This document shows, piece after piece, positions 1 to 10,817 of a DNA stretch of 64,000 nt. The stretch's first letter is position 1; every line of letters starts with the position of its first letter. The DNA lies in NCBI GenBank assembly GCA_038727515.1, contig JAVYVS010000005.1:32001-96000 (forward strand). Direction: 5' to 3'. The position numbers and the translations under genes were made by a program. The notes beneath the pieces are model-generated. The model saw only the letters and a list, made by a program, of their open reading frames with translations. It did not search any database and was not told the DNA's origin. The DNA is from Candidatus Methanomethylicia archaeon (GTDB lineage Archaea > Thermoproteota > Methanomethylicia > Culexarchaeales > Culexarchaeaceae).

Positions 1-1
1 T

Positions 2-244
2 GGTGAAATTATGCAAATCCAAGATAAAGGTAAAGTATTGAAAGAAGCTTCAAAAGGGATTAGTGTAGCTATATCTATAAAAAGTAATATGATGGTGGGA
101 AGACATATAAATGAGAATGATATTCTTTATGTAAATGTACCATATGAACATATTGTGGTATTTCTCAAAGAATTTGTTGATAGACTCTCTGAGGAGGAAA
201 TAAACTTGTTAAAGGAAATACAAAAAATAAAGAGGGGTGAGTAA
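2..244 (+). CDS. infB: Translation initiation factor aIF5B/IF-2, C-terminal fragment (5' truncated by window)
   Basis: VAISIK...VGRHINENDILYV matches the aIF5B domain IV end; conserved position upstream of rps6e. Confidence 0.85.
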   Translation, partial: GEIMQIQDKGKVLKEASKGISVAISIKSNMMVGRHINENDILYVNVPYEHIVVFLKEFVDRLSEEEINLLKEIQKIKRGE

Positions 245-247
245 TAT

Positions 248-610
248 ATGGCTAAGTTTAAATTGGTTGTAAGTAATCCAAAGAACGGTAAATCAAAAAC
301 TTTTGAAGTAGATGAGCAGAGATCTGCGTATTTAATTGGACTAAAAATAGGCGATGTTATTGATGGATCAATTATTGATCTACCAAATTTAAAATTGAAA
401 ATTACTGGTGGTAGCGATTCTTCTGGTTTCCCGATGATTCCATATCTTCCAGGTGGTAAGAAATACAGAATCCTATTATCTCATCCTCCCGGTTTTCATC
501 CTAAAGAGGATGGACTTAGAAAACGTAAAACTGTTAGGGGAAATACTATTACAAGTGATATCGTCCAAATAAATACTGTAATTGTTGAAGGTGATTTACC
601 TGATGGATAA
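248..610 (+). CDS. rps6e: 30S ribosomal protein S6e
   Basis: KITGGSDSSGFPM and GLRKRKTVRGN motifs. Confidence 0.97.
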   Translation: MAKFKLVVSNPKNGKSKTFEVDEQRSAYLIGLKIGDVIDGSIIDLPNLKLKITGGSDSSGFPMIPYLPGGKKYRILLSHPPGFHPKEDGLRKRKTVRGNTITSDIVQINTVIVEGDLPDG

Positions 611-1871
611 TAATCTAATTCAAGAATCTGAAGAATTACATGAGTATAAACAACCTGAATGTAATATTGGTACTACGGGTCATGTAGATCATGGTAAAAC
701 AACATTAGTTCAAGCTTTAACTGGTATTTGGACAGCGAGGCATAGTGAAGAATTAAAAAGGGGATTAACCTTAAAATTGGGTTATGCAGATGCAACTATT
801 AGGAAGTGCCCTAATTGTCCTCCACCAGAATGTTATACTACTAAGTCTAAGTGTCCTGTATGTGGTTCTGCTACGCAGATTATTAGGCGGGTATCTTTTG
901 TTGATTGTCCAGGTCATGAAATGCTTATGGCAAGTATGCTTGCTGGAGCTACATTAATGGATGGTGCATTAATGGTCATTGATTCTACTCAACCATGTCC
1001 TCAACCACAAACACGTGAACACTTAATAGCTCTTGAAATGATTGGTTTAAAGAACATAATAATTGTTCAAAATAAAATAGAACTTGCTGAGCGTGAAACT
1101 TTAATTAAAAATTATAGAGAAATTAAAGCCTTCGTTAAAGGTAGTATAGCAGAAGATGCTCCGATAATACCTGTTTCTGCTCTTCATGGAATAAATATTG
1201 ATGTGTTAATACAAGCGATTGAGGAATATATCCCCACACCATTTAGAGATGAATCTAAACCTGCAAGAATGTATATTGCTAGATCATTTGATGTTAATAA
1301 GCCAGGAACTCCTTTTAACAAACTTTTAGGGGGAGTTATTGGGGGTTCAATAATGCAGGGTGTTTTAAGGTTAGATGATGAAATAGAAATTAGCCCTGGT
1401 ATATTAATTGAACGTAATGGGAAAATTGAACACATGCCATTATATACACGTGCTGTAAGCTTAAAGGCGGGAGAAGTTCCCGTTAAAATAGCTAAACCTG
1501 GGGGTCTTGTGGGTGTTGGGACATTGTTAGATCCATCTTTAACTAAAGCTGATGCCCTTGCTGGTAATGTTGCAGGTATTCCAGGTACTCTCCCACCAGT
1601 ATGGTATGAATTTTCCTTTGAACCTCACTTATTAGAGTGGGTTGTCGGATTAAAAGAACCTCAACGTGTAGAACCATTAAAAGTTAAAGAGCAAATAATG
1701 ATAAATGCTGGTACAGCTACAACCCTTGGGGTTATAACTTCCATTTCTAAAGAGAATGTTCATGTATCTTTGAAAAGGCCTATTTGTATGGAGGTAAATA
1801 GTAGAATTGCCCTAAGTAGAAGAGTTAGTGGTAGATGGAGATTAATAGGTTATGGCATCATTAGAGGTTAG
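603..1871 (+). CDS. eif2g: Translation initiation factor 2 subunit gamma
   Basis: GHVDHGKT, DCPGHE, NKIE, zinc knuckle, WRLIGYG end; ATG at 603 preferred over the ORF-track start. Confidence 0.97.
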   Translation: MDNNLIQESEELHEYKQPECNIGTTGHVDHGKTTLVQALTGIWTARHSEELKRGLTLKLGYADATIRKCPNCPPPECYTTKSKCPVCGSATQIIRRVSFVDCPGHEMLMASMLAGATLMDGALMVIDSTQPCPQPQTREHLIALEMIGLKNIIIVQNKIELAERETLIKNYREIKAFVKGSIAEDAPIIPVSALHGINIDVLIQAIEEYIPTPFRDESKPARMYIARSFDVNKPGTPFNKLLGGVIGGSIMQGVLRLDDEIEISPGILIERNGKIEHMPLYTRAVSLKAGEVPVKIAKPGGLVGVGTLLDPSLTKADALAGNVAGIPGTLPPVWYEFSFEPHLLEWVVGLKEPQRVEPLKVKEQIMINAGTATTLGVITSISKENVHVSLKRPICMEVNSRIALSRRVSGRWRLIGYGIIRG

Positions 1872-1875
1872 ATCC

Positions 1876-2286
1876 TTGGATAGAAAGTGTATTACTGTGT
1901 TGTTAGATACTAATATCTTAATTCTAGCTATTAATAGATCGATAGACATATTTAGTGAAATAGAGAGGTTAATTCCTGAATTACATAGATGTGCAGTTTT
2001 GAGTAGTGTTGTAGATGAACTAAATAAACTTGCTTCTCTAGGTTCAAATAAAGATAAGATCTTAGCTAGAGCCGCACTTAAAATTGTAAATAGATGTGAG
2101 GTGATTCATATTAATTCTTATACAGACACTGATGAATCAATATTATACTTTGCAAAAAATAATCGTGGAGGTATTGTAGTTGCAACTAATGATTTTAATT
2201 TAAAACATAAACTTAGAGATATGGGTATTCCCGTAATATACCTCAGGGATTTTGATCATCTTGATATTGAGGGAGAAATTTTTTGA
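1876..2286 (+). CDS. PIN-domain protein (Fcf1/Utp24-like)
   Basis: LLDTN, V.DEL, TD, VATND PIN motifs; TTG start after GAGGT; conserved position after eif2g. Confidence 0.88.
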   Translation: MDRKCITVLLDTNILILAINRSIDIFSEIERLIPELHRCAVLSSVVDELNKLASLGSNKDKILARAALKIVNRCEVIHINSYTDTDESILYFAKNNRGGIVVATNDFNLKHKLRDMGIPVIYLRDFDHLDIEGEIF

Positions 2287-2360
2287 GGAAGAATTTTAAT
2301 AGTTCTTTATTTCAAATTGTTAATATATGATTACGCCATAAGTGTATGGAGTGATTGGAG

Positions 2361-2912
2361 ATGTATTATATTGTAAAATTGAAGGATGTTGTTAGAATTC
2401 CCCCACAATATTTTGGTAGCCCTTTAGAAAAAGTTGCATTAGAATTTTTACGTAACAAATATGAAGGATTTATAGATGCGGAACTAGGTATAATCATTGC
2501 ATTATTGAATGTTGAAGTATCCCCTGTTGGAAAGATAATTCATGGTGACGGTGCAAGTTATCATGATGTAACTTTTCATGCTCTTACATTCTATCCAGTA
2601 ATTCAAGAGGTTATTGAAGGTGAAGTTGTTGATGTTACTGATTTTGGTATTTTTGTTAGGTTAGGACCAATAGATGGTTTAGTACATGTATCACAAATTA
2701 TGGATGACTATATAGTATACGATAAGAAAAGAGGAGCTTTACAAGGTAAAGAAAGTACAAGGATTGTGAAAAAGGGAGATTATATTAGAGCTAGAATAGT
2801 TACCGCAAGTTTGTCCCCTAAAAGTGTTAAAATTGGTTTAACAATGCGTCAACCTTTTCTCGGAGTTCTATCATGGATAGAAGAGGATATTAAAAAGTTG
2901 AGTGGAAAATAG
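2361..2912 (+). CDS. rpoE1: RNA polymerase subunit Rpo7 (E')
   Basis: VRIPP, GDGA, S1 domain GPIDGLVHVSQ, GLTMRQPFLG. Confidence 0.97.
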   Translation: MYYIVKLKDVVRIPPQYFGSPLEKVALEFLRNKYEGFIDAELGIIIALLNVEVSPVGKIIHGDGASYHDVTFHALTFYPVIQEVIEGEVVDVTDFGIFVRLGPIDGLVHVSQIMDDYIVYDKKRGALQGKESTRIVKKGDYIRARIVTASLSPKSVKIGLTMRQPFLGVLSWIEEDIKKLSGK

Positions 2913-2918
2913 GGGGAA

Positions 2919-3128
2919 TTGATTTTGCCTAAACGAGGTTTACCATTTAAAGCATGTAGAAATTGTCATTATCTTGTTAGTGATGATGAGGTTAAATGTC
3001 CTGCCTGTGGTTCAAAAACTTTTTCTAGTGAGTGGGATGGTTTAGTTATAATTCTAAATGCTGAGAGTGAAACTGCTAAAATCTTAAATAAGAAAAAGAC
3101 GGGGAGATATGCTATTGAAGTCCATTGA
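2919..3128 (+). CDS. spt4: Transcription elongation factor Spt4 (RpoE'')
   Basis: ACRNC..CPACGS..W.G..G.YA zinc ribbon following rpoE1. Confidence 0.95.
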   Translation: MILPKRGLPFKACRNCHYLVSDDEVKCPACGSKTFSSEWDGLVIILNAESETAKILNKKKTGRYAIEVH

Positions 3129-3672
3129 GACACACCCTCAAATAAATAAACTTGTTTTAAATAGGTTATATGAGGATAAATTTAAGTTACCCTACGGAAT
3201 TCTTTTCGAAGGGGATTTCAATAATTTCTATCATGAACTTATTAAAAAATTGAGTGAAATAAATCCCAAAATGATAATTACAGTTGGTGATTATGTTACT
3301 TACTCCTTTTTAAATAAAGGGATCTCCATAAATGTTGCTATCATTGATTTTAAAATTAAACGTGAAAGTTTTCAATATGACCCAACAACTTTCTTTAAGA
3401 GAAAGTTTATAATTGATAATCCCCCTGGAACTATAAATGCAAGTTCTTGGTTAACTATTCAATATACTCTCTCATTAGAAGATACTTCTCTCATAATTGT
3501 TAATGGAGAAGAGGATTTACTTGCGCTGCCATGTATTTTATGTGCACCATTAAATTCAGTCGTGTTTTTTGGTATACCAAATGTTGGACTTATGCTGGTC
3601 CCTGTAGATTCTAAAGCTAGAGAGTACGCTTTTAACTTATTGAAATTTTTTATACCAGTATCCACACAATAA
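3109..3672 (+). CDS. GTP-dependent dephospho-CoA kinase (DUF359)
   Basis: TVGD, NPPG.I, GEEDLL motifs; canonical synteny. Confidence 0.9.
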   Translation: MLLKSIETHPQINKLVLNRLYEDKFKLPYGILFEGDFNNFYHELIKKLSEINPKMIITVGDYVTYSFLNKGISINVAIIDFKIKRESFQYDPTTFFKRKFIIDNPPGTINASSWLTIQYTLSLEDTSLIIVNGEEDLLALPCILCAPLNSVVFFGIPNVGLMLVPVDSKAREYAFNLLKFFIPVSTQ

Positions 3673-3727
3673 CAAATTTATTTATTTGTTTCATTTTCTA
3701 TTTGTAAAGATTGTGGTGAGGATAGTA

Positions 3728-4018
3728 ATGGAGATTGACATTGTCAGCAAGAGGGAAAACAAACTTTTGAGGAGATTGGAATTAGATGTTGTTATAAAGC
3801 ATTTTCACTCTGGTACGCCTCAGAGAGCTGCTCTACGAGAATTTATAGCTTCACAATTTAAAGTTGATGTAGATAGAGTTTATGTTGTGAAGCTAATATC
3901 TGAATATGGTATACCAATAAGTAAGGGTCATATACACATCTATGATTCAAAAGATATAGCTCTTGAAATAGAACCAGATTACATTATAAAGAGAAACACT
4001 TCCTCAACTAAAAATTAA
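3728..4018 (+). CDS. rps24e: 30S ribosomal protein S24e
   Basis: N.LL.R.E, H..SGTP.R, S.G..HIY motifs; ATG after GGTGAGG. Confidence 0.93.
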   Translation: MEIDIVSKRENKLLRRLELDVVIKHFHSGTPQRAALREFIASQFKVDVDRVYVVKLISEYGIPISKGHIHIYDSKDIALEIEPDYIIKRNTSSTKN

Positions 4019-4051
4019 TAATGTTTACCAATTATTTTGGTGATCCTATAG

Positions 4052-5032
4052 ATGATAATTCTAGGGATAGAGTGTACAGCTCATACTTTTGGTTGTGGTA
4101 TTGTTAATTCTCAAGGTAAAGTTCTCTCCAATATAAACTCTGAATATATACCCACGATCGGTGGTATACATCCTAGAGAGGCTGCGCGTCACCATCTATC
4201 TGTTGCAAAGACTATAATTCATAATGCATTAAGAAATGCTAAGATTGATGTGAAAGAGATTAATGGTTTTGCTGTTTCTCTAGGTCCGGGTTTAGGGCCT
4301 TGTCTTAGAGTTGGTGCAACTGTAGCTAGAGCCTTATCTCTATATCATAATAAGCCTCTAATTCCAGTAAATCATTGTGTAGCTCACATTGAAATTGCAA
4401 GATTAATGTGTAAAGTTGAAGATCCGCTGGTGGTATATATATCAGGTGGTAACACTATAATTTCTGCCTTTTCTGATGGTAGATATAGGGTTTTTGGAGA
4501 GACTCTTGATATAGCTTTAGGGAATTGTCTAGATGTTTTTGCGAGATATGCAGGTTTACCTCACCCTGGAGGACCACATGTAGAGAAATTAGCGTTGAAG
4601 GGGTCAAGATACATTGAATTACCATATGTTGTTAAGGGGCAAGACGTTTCTTTTTCAGGATTGCTCACTGCAGCTATAAAGAAACTTAAAAATGGTGTAC
4701 GTTTAGAAGACTTATGCTATAGTTTACAGGAAACTGCTTTTTCAATGATATGTGAAGTTACCGAGAGAGCATTAGTTCATACAGGTAAAGATTCTATCCT
4801 TCTAACCGGAGGTGTAGCTGCAAATAATAGATTGAAATCCATGATTGAATCCGTCGCTAAAGATCATGGAGCATCATTTTTTGCAGTCCCCACAGAATAT
4901 GCTAGGGATAATGGAGCTATGATAGCTTGGACTGGCATATTATCTCTAATGCATAATGTCACCATTAATGTAAGTGAAAGCTTTATTCGTCCTAGATGGA
5001 GGTTAGATGATGTGGAGATACCTTGGAGATGA
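4052..5032 (+). CDS. kae1: KEOPS tRNA N6-threonylcarbamoyltransferase Kae1
   Basis: [38 protein letters not shown]. Confidence 0.97.
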   Translation: MIILGIECTAHTFGCGIVNSQGKVLSNINSEYIPTIGGIHPREAARHHLSVAKTIIHNALRNAKIDVKEINGFAVSLGPGLGPCLRVGATVARALSLYHNKPLIPVNHCVAHIEIARLMCKVEDPLVVYISGGNTIISAFSDGRYRVFGETLDIALGNCLDVFARYAGLPHPGGPHVEKLALKGSRYIELPYVVKGQDVSFSGLLTAAIKKLKNGVRLEDLCYSLQETAFSMICEVTERALVHTGKDSILLTGGVAANNRLKSMIESVAKDHGASFFAVPTEYARDNGAMIAWTGILSLMHNVTINVSESFIRPRWRLDDVEIPWR

Positions 5033-5700
5033 ACTTTATGATGAAATTATTAAAGAAAGGGGCTGAAGCTGAATTATATCTAATTGATTGGTTTGGTTAT
5101 AAGGCTGTTAAAAAGTTACGTATAGAAAAAAAGTCTAGGGTCAAAGAATTAGATATATATTTACGTAGGTATAGGACTTCAAATGAAGCAAAGTTATTAA
5201 TCAATGTAAAAAGGATTAAAGTACCAGTACCAGTAGTTTTTGATGTTGATTTAAATGAATGCTCCATAACTATGGAGTTTTTAGAAGGAGTTTCGCTGAG
5301 AGAATTAATTCCGCAAATGAACATTGAAAAATTAAAAGAAGTTTTTATAGTGCTTGGAGGCATTGTTGGAACTATGCATCAAAATGGCTTTTTTCATGGT
5401 GATTTAACAACATCCAACATCATACTTGTTGATCAAAAAATCTTTTTAATAGATTTTGGTTTAGGAGGTTCATCTAAAGAAATAGAATTGTTTGGTGTAG
5501 ATATACATCTAATGTTAAGAGCTTTAGAAAGCACTCATCACGAAATTTCTCGGAAATGCTTCGAATATTTTAAATCGGGATACATTGAGAATTTTAACCA
5601 ATATAAAGCTGTGTTAAACAAAGTGGACGAAATAAGAAAGAGGGGGAGATATGTCACTGAAAGAAGAATTAGATTATCAGACAATACTCTTCGTATCTAA
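5023..5700 (+). CDS. bud32: KEOPS kinase/ATPase Bud32
   Basis: [22 protein letters not shown]; exact start uncertain. Confidence 0.95.
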   Translation: MEMNFMMKLLKKGAEAELYLIDWFGYKAVKKLRIEKKSRVKELDIYLRRYRTSNEAKLLINVKRIKVPVPVVFDVDLNECSITMEFLEGVSLRELIPQMNIEKLKEVFIVLGGIVGTMHQNGFFHGDLTTSNIILVDQKIFLIDFGLGGSSKEIELFGVDIHLMLRALESTHHEISRKCFEYFKSGYIENFNQYKAVLNKVDEIRKRGRYVTERRIRLSDNTLRI

Positions 5701-6262
5701 AAATAAAAATAAGTTTATTGAAGCTTCAAATATACTTAAAAATTATGGTATTAAGTTAGATTGGGCTCCATTTTCAAAGATGGAAATACAATCTATTTCT
5801 TTAAGTGAAATAGCTTCAAGTGCTGCAAAAAACGCTTTTGAAACTCTGAGGAAACCTTTAATAGTTGAAGATGATGGATTGTTTATAAAAGCTTTAAATG
5901 GATTTCCAGGGCCTTATTCTTCCTATGTTTATAGTACCATAGGACTTGATGGAATTTTAAAATTAATGGAGAATATAAAGGATAGAGAATGTTTCTTTGA
6001 GTCTGCAGTAGCCTTTTGTAATGGTAGTCTAAATAAAGTTTTCTTAGGACGGGTTTATGGTACAATTTCTGAAAGTATTAGAGGACAAGGTGGTTTTGGA
6101 TTTGACCCTATTTTCATACCTAGAGGTGAATCTATTACATTTGCTGAAATGTCATTGGAATATAAATGCTCTATTAGTCATAGGGCTATTGCTTTAAAAT
6201 CCTTTGCCGAATGGTTCTCAAAAAATTTTAAATATTTTGGTGACAACTTCGTAAATTGTTAG
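5651..6262 (+). CDS. rdgB: Non-canonical purine NTP pyrophosphatase (Ham1/RdgB)
   Basis: EDDGL..AL.GFPGPYS, GFGFDPIF, SHR. Confidence 0.95.
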   Translation: MSLKEELDYQTILFVSKNKNKFIEASNILKNYGIKLDWAPFSKMEIQSISLSEIASSAAKNAFETLRKPLIVEDDGLFIKALNGFPGPYSSYVYSTIGLDGILKLMENIKDRECFFESAVAFCNGSLNKVFLGRVYGTISESIRGQGGFGFDPIFIPRGESITFAEMSLEYKCSISHRAIALKSFAEWFSKNFKYFGDNFVNC

Positions 6263-6271
6263 GGGTTAGAA

Positions 6272-6724
6272 TTGAAGAAGAGTAAGGAGAAGGGGAAATC
6301 CCATTCCACGAGACCCATTAGGGTAGAAGCTCCTAAATGGGTAGATTATACTCCAGAAGACGTTGAAAACTTAGTTGTAAATCTTGCTAGGAGAGGTTAT
6401 TCTCCATCCATGATTGGGATTATATTAAGGGATCAATATGGAATTCCACTAGTTAAAGCTGTAACTGGGAAAACTATAACAGAAATTCTACGAAACAATG
6501 GTTTATCCCCATCTATACCTGAAGATTTAAATAACCTTATTAAAAGAGCAGAAAATATTAAGCGACATCTCGAAGAACATCCTAAAGATAAATCTAGTAG
6601 ACGTGGACTACAATTGATAGAATCAAAAATTTGGCGTCTTATAAAGTATTATAAGAGTCAAGGGGTTCTACCATCTGATTGGAAATATGAATTCAGCGGG
6701 TTAAAGACAGTAAAGCTTAGATAA
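6272..6724 (+). CDS. rps15: 30S ribosomal protein S15/S13e
   Basis: [29 protein letters not shown]. Confidence 0.97.
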   Translation: MKKSKEKGKSHSTRPIRVEAPKWVDYTPEDVENLVVNLARRGYSPSMIGIILRDQYGIPLVKAVTGKTITEILRNNGLSPSIPEDLNNLIKRAENIKRHLEEHPKDKSSRRGLQLIESKIWRLIKYYKSQGVLPSDWKYEFSGLKTVKLR

Positions 6725-6757
6725 ACCTGTTACATTCAATTATTTTGGTTTAGGAAA

Positions 6758-8212
6758 TTGACCTTTGAAAACATTTTACCAAAAGATTTCGTTGATACCA
6801 TTAAAATAGCTATTGAGAAAATTAATGAATGGAATAATGAGAACTCATTTTTCAATGTGTTCACCCATCTAGATGCAGATGGATTAGCTTCCGGTGGAAT
6901 TATTTGTTCAATTTTAAAAAAACTAGAAGCTCCCTTTAGAATTAGAGTTTTCAATCAATTAACTGAAGATACTATATCTACTTTGAAGCTTAGAGAAAGG
7001 GATGTAGCTATTTTTACAGATTTTGGAAGTAGTCAAAAGGATATGTTGAAAAGATTTTTGAGGGTTCCATATATCATCATTGATCATCATCAACCCAAAG
7101 GTGAATTTGAAAATAGTGATTCAATAGAAATTAACCCTCATTATTTTGGGATAGATGGATCATCAGAGATAAGTTCTTCCGGTTTGTCATATTTACTAGC
7201 TAAAAATTTTTCCAGTAAAAACGTTACTCTTTCTACAGTGGCCATTGTTGGTGCACTTGGTGATAGGCAAGATTGTGGAGAAAATTTCAGCCTTATAGGT
7301 TTAAATAAGTTGTTAGTGTCTGAAGCTGTTGAAAATAAACTTTTAGATGTAAAAATTGGTTTAAGACTTTTTGGATTCGAATCAAGGTCAATAGTTAAAA
7401 GTTTAGAGTATACGATTGATCCATTAATACCAGGGTTGAGTGGAGATTTTAATGCGTGTATGCAATTTCTTAAAAGTATTGGTATTTCTCCAATTGATGA
7501 AAATGGTATCTTGAGAAGAGGATCCGATTTATCTAGTGATGAAACTCGTAAACTAATTGTTGAAATAATTAAATATATGTTGAGCCATGGTGTTTCTAGT
7601 GATGTTGCTGAAAGTATTATTGGAACAGTCTATACCCTAATTAAAGAGAGTCCAGATTCATGTTTAAGGGATGCTAGAGAATTTTCTTCAGTTTTAAATG
7701 CTTGTGGAAGAATGGGATTTCCAAGTTATGGTTTAGCATTATGTATGGGGATTAGGGGTGTTATTGTTCAAAGGATTTCTGAAATTGCTGGCAGCTATCG
7801 TAAAGAGATTTCAAGAATGTTGAATTGGTTTAATCTCAATAGAGATAGACTTAGATCTTTAAAGAATATATACTTTATAAGTCTTGAGAGTAACTTTGAT
7901 GAGAAAATGTTGAGTACATTTATATCCATCATATATTCATCAAAAATGGTTCCAACGGATAAACCTATTGTAAGTTCTGTCTTAACTAGAAGTGGAAAAT
8001 TGAAAATTTCTTGCAGAGCTGAACGTAGTCTAGTTAAAAAGGGTATAAACCTTGGATTAGCTACGAGATTAACTGCAGAAGCCGTGGGAGGTATTGGGGG
8101 TGGTCATGATGTTGCTGCTGGTGCAGAAATTCCATCTGATTCTGAAGAGCAATTTCTTAAAATTTTAGATGAAGTTATTGGTAAGCAAATTTCTGGTGGT
8201 AATAATGCATAA
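6758..8212 (+). CDS. RecJ-like DHH nuclease, probable GAN/Cdc45 orthologue
   Basis: HLDADG, TDFG, DHH, GGGH..AAG motifs; rps15-recJ-pcc-rps3ae synteny. Confidence 0.88.
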   Translation: MTFENILPKDFVDTIKIAIEKINEWNNENSFFNVFTHLDADGLASGGIICSILKKLEAPFRIRVFNQLTEDTISTLKLRERDVAIFTDFGSSQKDMLKRFLRVPYIIIDHHQPKGEFENSDSIEINPHYFGIDGSSEISSSGLSYLLAKNFSSKNVTLSTVAIVGALGDRQDCGENFSLIGLNKLLVSEAVENKLLDVKIGLRLFGFESRSIVKSLEYTIDPLIPGLSGDFNACMQFLKSIGISPIDENGILRRGSDLSSDETRKLIVEIIKYMLSHGVSSDVAESIIGTVYTLIKESPDSCLRDAREFSSVLNACGRMGFPSYGLALCMGIRGVIVQRISEIAGSYRKEISRMLNWFNLNRDRLRSLKNIYFISLESNFDEKMLSTFISIIYSSKMVPTDKPIVSSVLTRSGKLKISCRAERSLVKKGINLGLATRLTAEAVGGIGGGHDVAAGAEIPSDSEEQFLKILDEVIGKQISGGNNA

Positions 8213-8459
8213 TTGTATCTTAAAAGTTTATTTAGATGATGAAAAAGTTTTAAAATCCATTTTTGAAGCTTTAAACCCAGACAATTGTATTCTTCCAGAT
8301 AACATGAGTATTTCTTCTTTTATTAATGGCAACTGTTTAATCATAATAATCAATTGTAAAGAACGTATAGGGTCGTTGCTTAATACAATTGACGAATTAA
8401 TTGCAAGTATTAATGTGGGTATTGAAAGTATAAAGATTTCGCAACAAACATATAAGTAA
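8205..8459 (+). CDS. KEOPS Pcc1 paralogue (Pcc2-type)
   Basis: AL.PDN and SLLNTIDELI motifs; lies between recJ and rps3ae. Confidence 0.78.
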   Translation: MHNCILKVYLDDEKVLKSIFEALNPDNCILPDNMSISSFINGNCLIIIINCKERIGSLLNTIDELIASINVGIESIKISQQTYK

Positions 8460-8500
8460 GTTTTATGTAAAATATCTGCAAATTAGTGAGGTGCCTTTGT

Positions 8501-9109
8501 GTGGCTTCAAGGGTTCGTGATAAATGGCGTATGAAGAAACCTTATAAAGTACTTGCATCTACAGCTTTTGGCTCAAGTGAGATTGGGATAACTTTAGCTG
8601 ATAATGAATCAAAATTATATAATAGAGTTGTTGAAACTTCTCTAAGTGATTTAGTTGGAGATTTTTCATTTCTACATATAAAGTTGCGGTTCAAAATAGT
8701 TGAAGTTAATGATTCTATTTGTAAAACTATATTTAAAGGTCATGAATTGTCTAGAGATTATATTAGAAGTCTTATACGTAGAGGTAGCACTCTCGTTGAT
8801 GGGATATTTAACGTAACAACAAAAGATAGTTACACCTTAAGAATAACTGTTATAGCAATAACTAGATATAGGGCTAAAACATCCCAGGCAAAGGCTATTA
8901 GAAGGATTATGAAAGAAATAGTTTCATCTAGAGCTTCGGAGTTAAGTTTTGATGAATTTGTTCAACAAATGGTTTTAGGAAAGATAGCATCTGATATATA
9001 TAACTCCGCAAAGAAAATTTATCCTATTAAAAAGGTTGAAATTAGTAAAAGTAAGCTAATCTCCTTGCCAGAAAAAAGTGAGAGTACGGTTGTAACAGAA
9101 GTAAAATAA
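8501..9109 (+). CDS. rps3ae: 30S ribosomal protein S3Ae
   Basis: RDKW..K, GHELSRDYIRSLIRRG, KKIYP; GTG after GAGGTG. Confidence 0.97.
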   Translation: MASRVRDKWRMKKPYKVLASTAFGSSEIGITLADNESKLYNRVVETSLSDLVGDFSFLHIKLRFKIVEVNDSICKTIFKGHELSRDYIRSLIRRGSTLVDGIFNVTTKDSYTLRITVIAITRYRAKTSQAKAIRRIMKEIVSSRASELSFDEFVQQMVLGKIASDIYNSAKKIYPIKKVEISKSKLISLPEKSESTVVTEVK

Positions 9110-9173
9110 TATTACGTTTATCATTAAGTTAAATATTTTTATTAGTCCAATCATATTCACAAATGAATGGTAC

Positions 9174-10757
9174 ATGAACATTATTGAACATAATAGTATG
9201 AAAAAGAATTGGAGAATTACCCCTGTAAAATTTGCTTTGTGTTATCCAAATGCATATAGGGTTGGGATGTCTTGTTTAGCTACACACCTATTATACGAGA
9301 TTCTAAATATGAGAAATGATGTATTATGTGAAAGATTTTTTTATGATTCAAAGTTACCTATTCTATCTATAGAATCAAAAAAACCACTGAACTTATTTAA
9401 TATAATTGGTTTCTCAATGCAATATGAGTTGGATTATATTCACTCTATCAAAATGTTATTAAAGTCTGGGATCCCGCCATTATCAGATGACCGTAAAGAG
9501 GGTGATCCAATAGTATGTTTTGGAGGGCCTTCAGTAACTTCAAATCCCGAACCCTTAGCACCTTTTGCAGACGTAATTTTCATCGGGGAAGTAGAAGATA
9601 CTCTTAATCAATTTATAGACACTTTTTTGGAGCGGAGAAGTAGGAAGAGATTTGAAATCTTAGATGGCTTTTCAAAAATTCCTGGAGTTTATGTGCCAAA
9701 ACTAAATAATCGAGTAAAAAGAGTGTGGGTTAACAATTTAGATAAGGTGCCTCATGCGATTAGACAAATAATTCCCAAAGTTTCATCTAAAAGTTCCTTC
9801 CATCCTGTGTTGGGTAAATCATTTCTACTAGAAGTTTCAAGAGGTTGTGGATGGGGTTGTAGGTTTTGTCTTGAAGGATACAATTATTTACCGATGCGTT
9901 TTAGATCCTTCGAAAAACTAATTAAAATTCTAGATGATGGTTTAAAGTATACTCCTACAAACAATATTGTGATAATAGGTTCAGCAGCACTTTCACATCC
10001 AAACCTTAAGGAATTACTCAACTACTTACATATGCATGGTTACTTCTTCTCTATGCCCTCCCTAAGATTAGATCTTGTAGATGAGGATTTATTAATGCTT
10101 CTAAAGAAGGGTGGTCAAAGAACCCCTGTTTTTGCACCTGAAACTTCATCAGAACGTCTTTTGAATATCATAAATAAGAGGTTTGAATTGGATAGATTAT
10201 TTGATACTATTAGAATTGTAAAAAATGTTGGTTTTAAAAATGTTAAATTATATTTTATTTTGGGGTTACCTGGAGAAACTATTGATGATGTTCAATCGAT
10301 ATTGGATATTGTATGTAAAGTTGCTGACTTAGGGTTCATGGGATTAAGGAGCGTAAGATTATCCTTCTCCTTTTTCGTTCCTAAAGCTAACACTCCATTT
10401 CAATGGTTCGGTATGGAGAATAAAAAATCTTTAAAGGATAAAATCAATTTAATTAGGATGAAATTGAAAGGTGACAAAAGATTTGAAGTTAGGTTTCCAA
10501 GTATTAGGGAGAGTATGATTCAAGCTTTTATCTCTAGATCGGGTAGGGAAATATCTCCTATTCTTCTTTATGTTGCTAAAATTGATGGAAACTTGTCTTC
10601 TTGGTATGTTGCTGAAAAGCATTTTAAATTTTCTATCGAAGAAATAGTTACAAAAACTCTTGATTCATCAGTTCGCCTTCCTTGGGAGTTTTTTGATATT
10701 GGTTACGATCGTTTAATACTTTTTAAAGAGTTTAATAAAGCTATTAGTGAACTGTAA
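9174..10757 (+). CDS. Radical SAM protein with B12-binding-like N-terminal region
   Basis: RGCGWGCRFC CxxxCxxC motif; YPN.Y.VGMS.L, NPEPLA.F.D, FVPKANTPFQW. Confidence 0.88.
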   Translation: MNIIEHNSMKKNWRITPVKFALCYPNAYRVGMSCLATHLLYEILNMRNDVLCERFFYDSKLPILSIESKKPLNLFNIIGFSMQYELDYIHSIKMLLKSGIPPLSDDRKEGDPIVCFGGPSVTSNPEPLAPFADVIFIGEVEDTLNQFIDTFLERRSRKRFEILDGFSKIPGVYVPKLNNRVKRVWVNNLDKVPHAIRQIIPKVSSKSSFHPVLGKSFLLEVSRGCGWGCRFCLEGYNYLPMRFRSFEKLIKILDDGLKYTPTNNIVIIGSAALSHPNLKELLNYLHMHGYFFSMPSLRLDLVDEDLLMLLKKGGQRTPVFAPETSSERLLNIINKRFELDRLFDTIRIVKNVGFKNVKLYFILGLPGETIDDVQSILDIVCKVADLGFMGLRSVRLSFSFFVPKANTPFQWFGMENKKSLKDKINLIRMKLKGDKRFEVRFPSIRESMIQAFISRSGREISPILLYVAKIDGNLSSWYVAEKHFKFSIEEIVTKTLDSSVRLPWEFFDIGYDRLILFKEFNKAISEL

Positions 10758-10817
10758 AACTATTTAAATCATACATAGTAAAAGAAATAATTTAAGTTAG
10801 TCTTTTTACATTAATTC

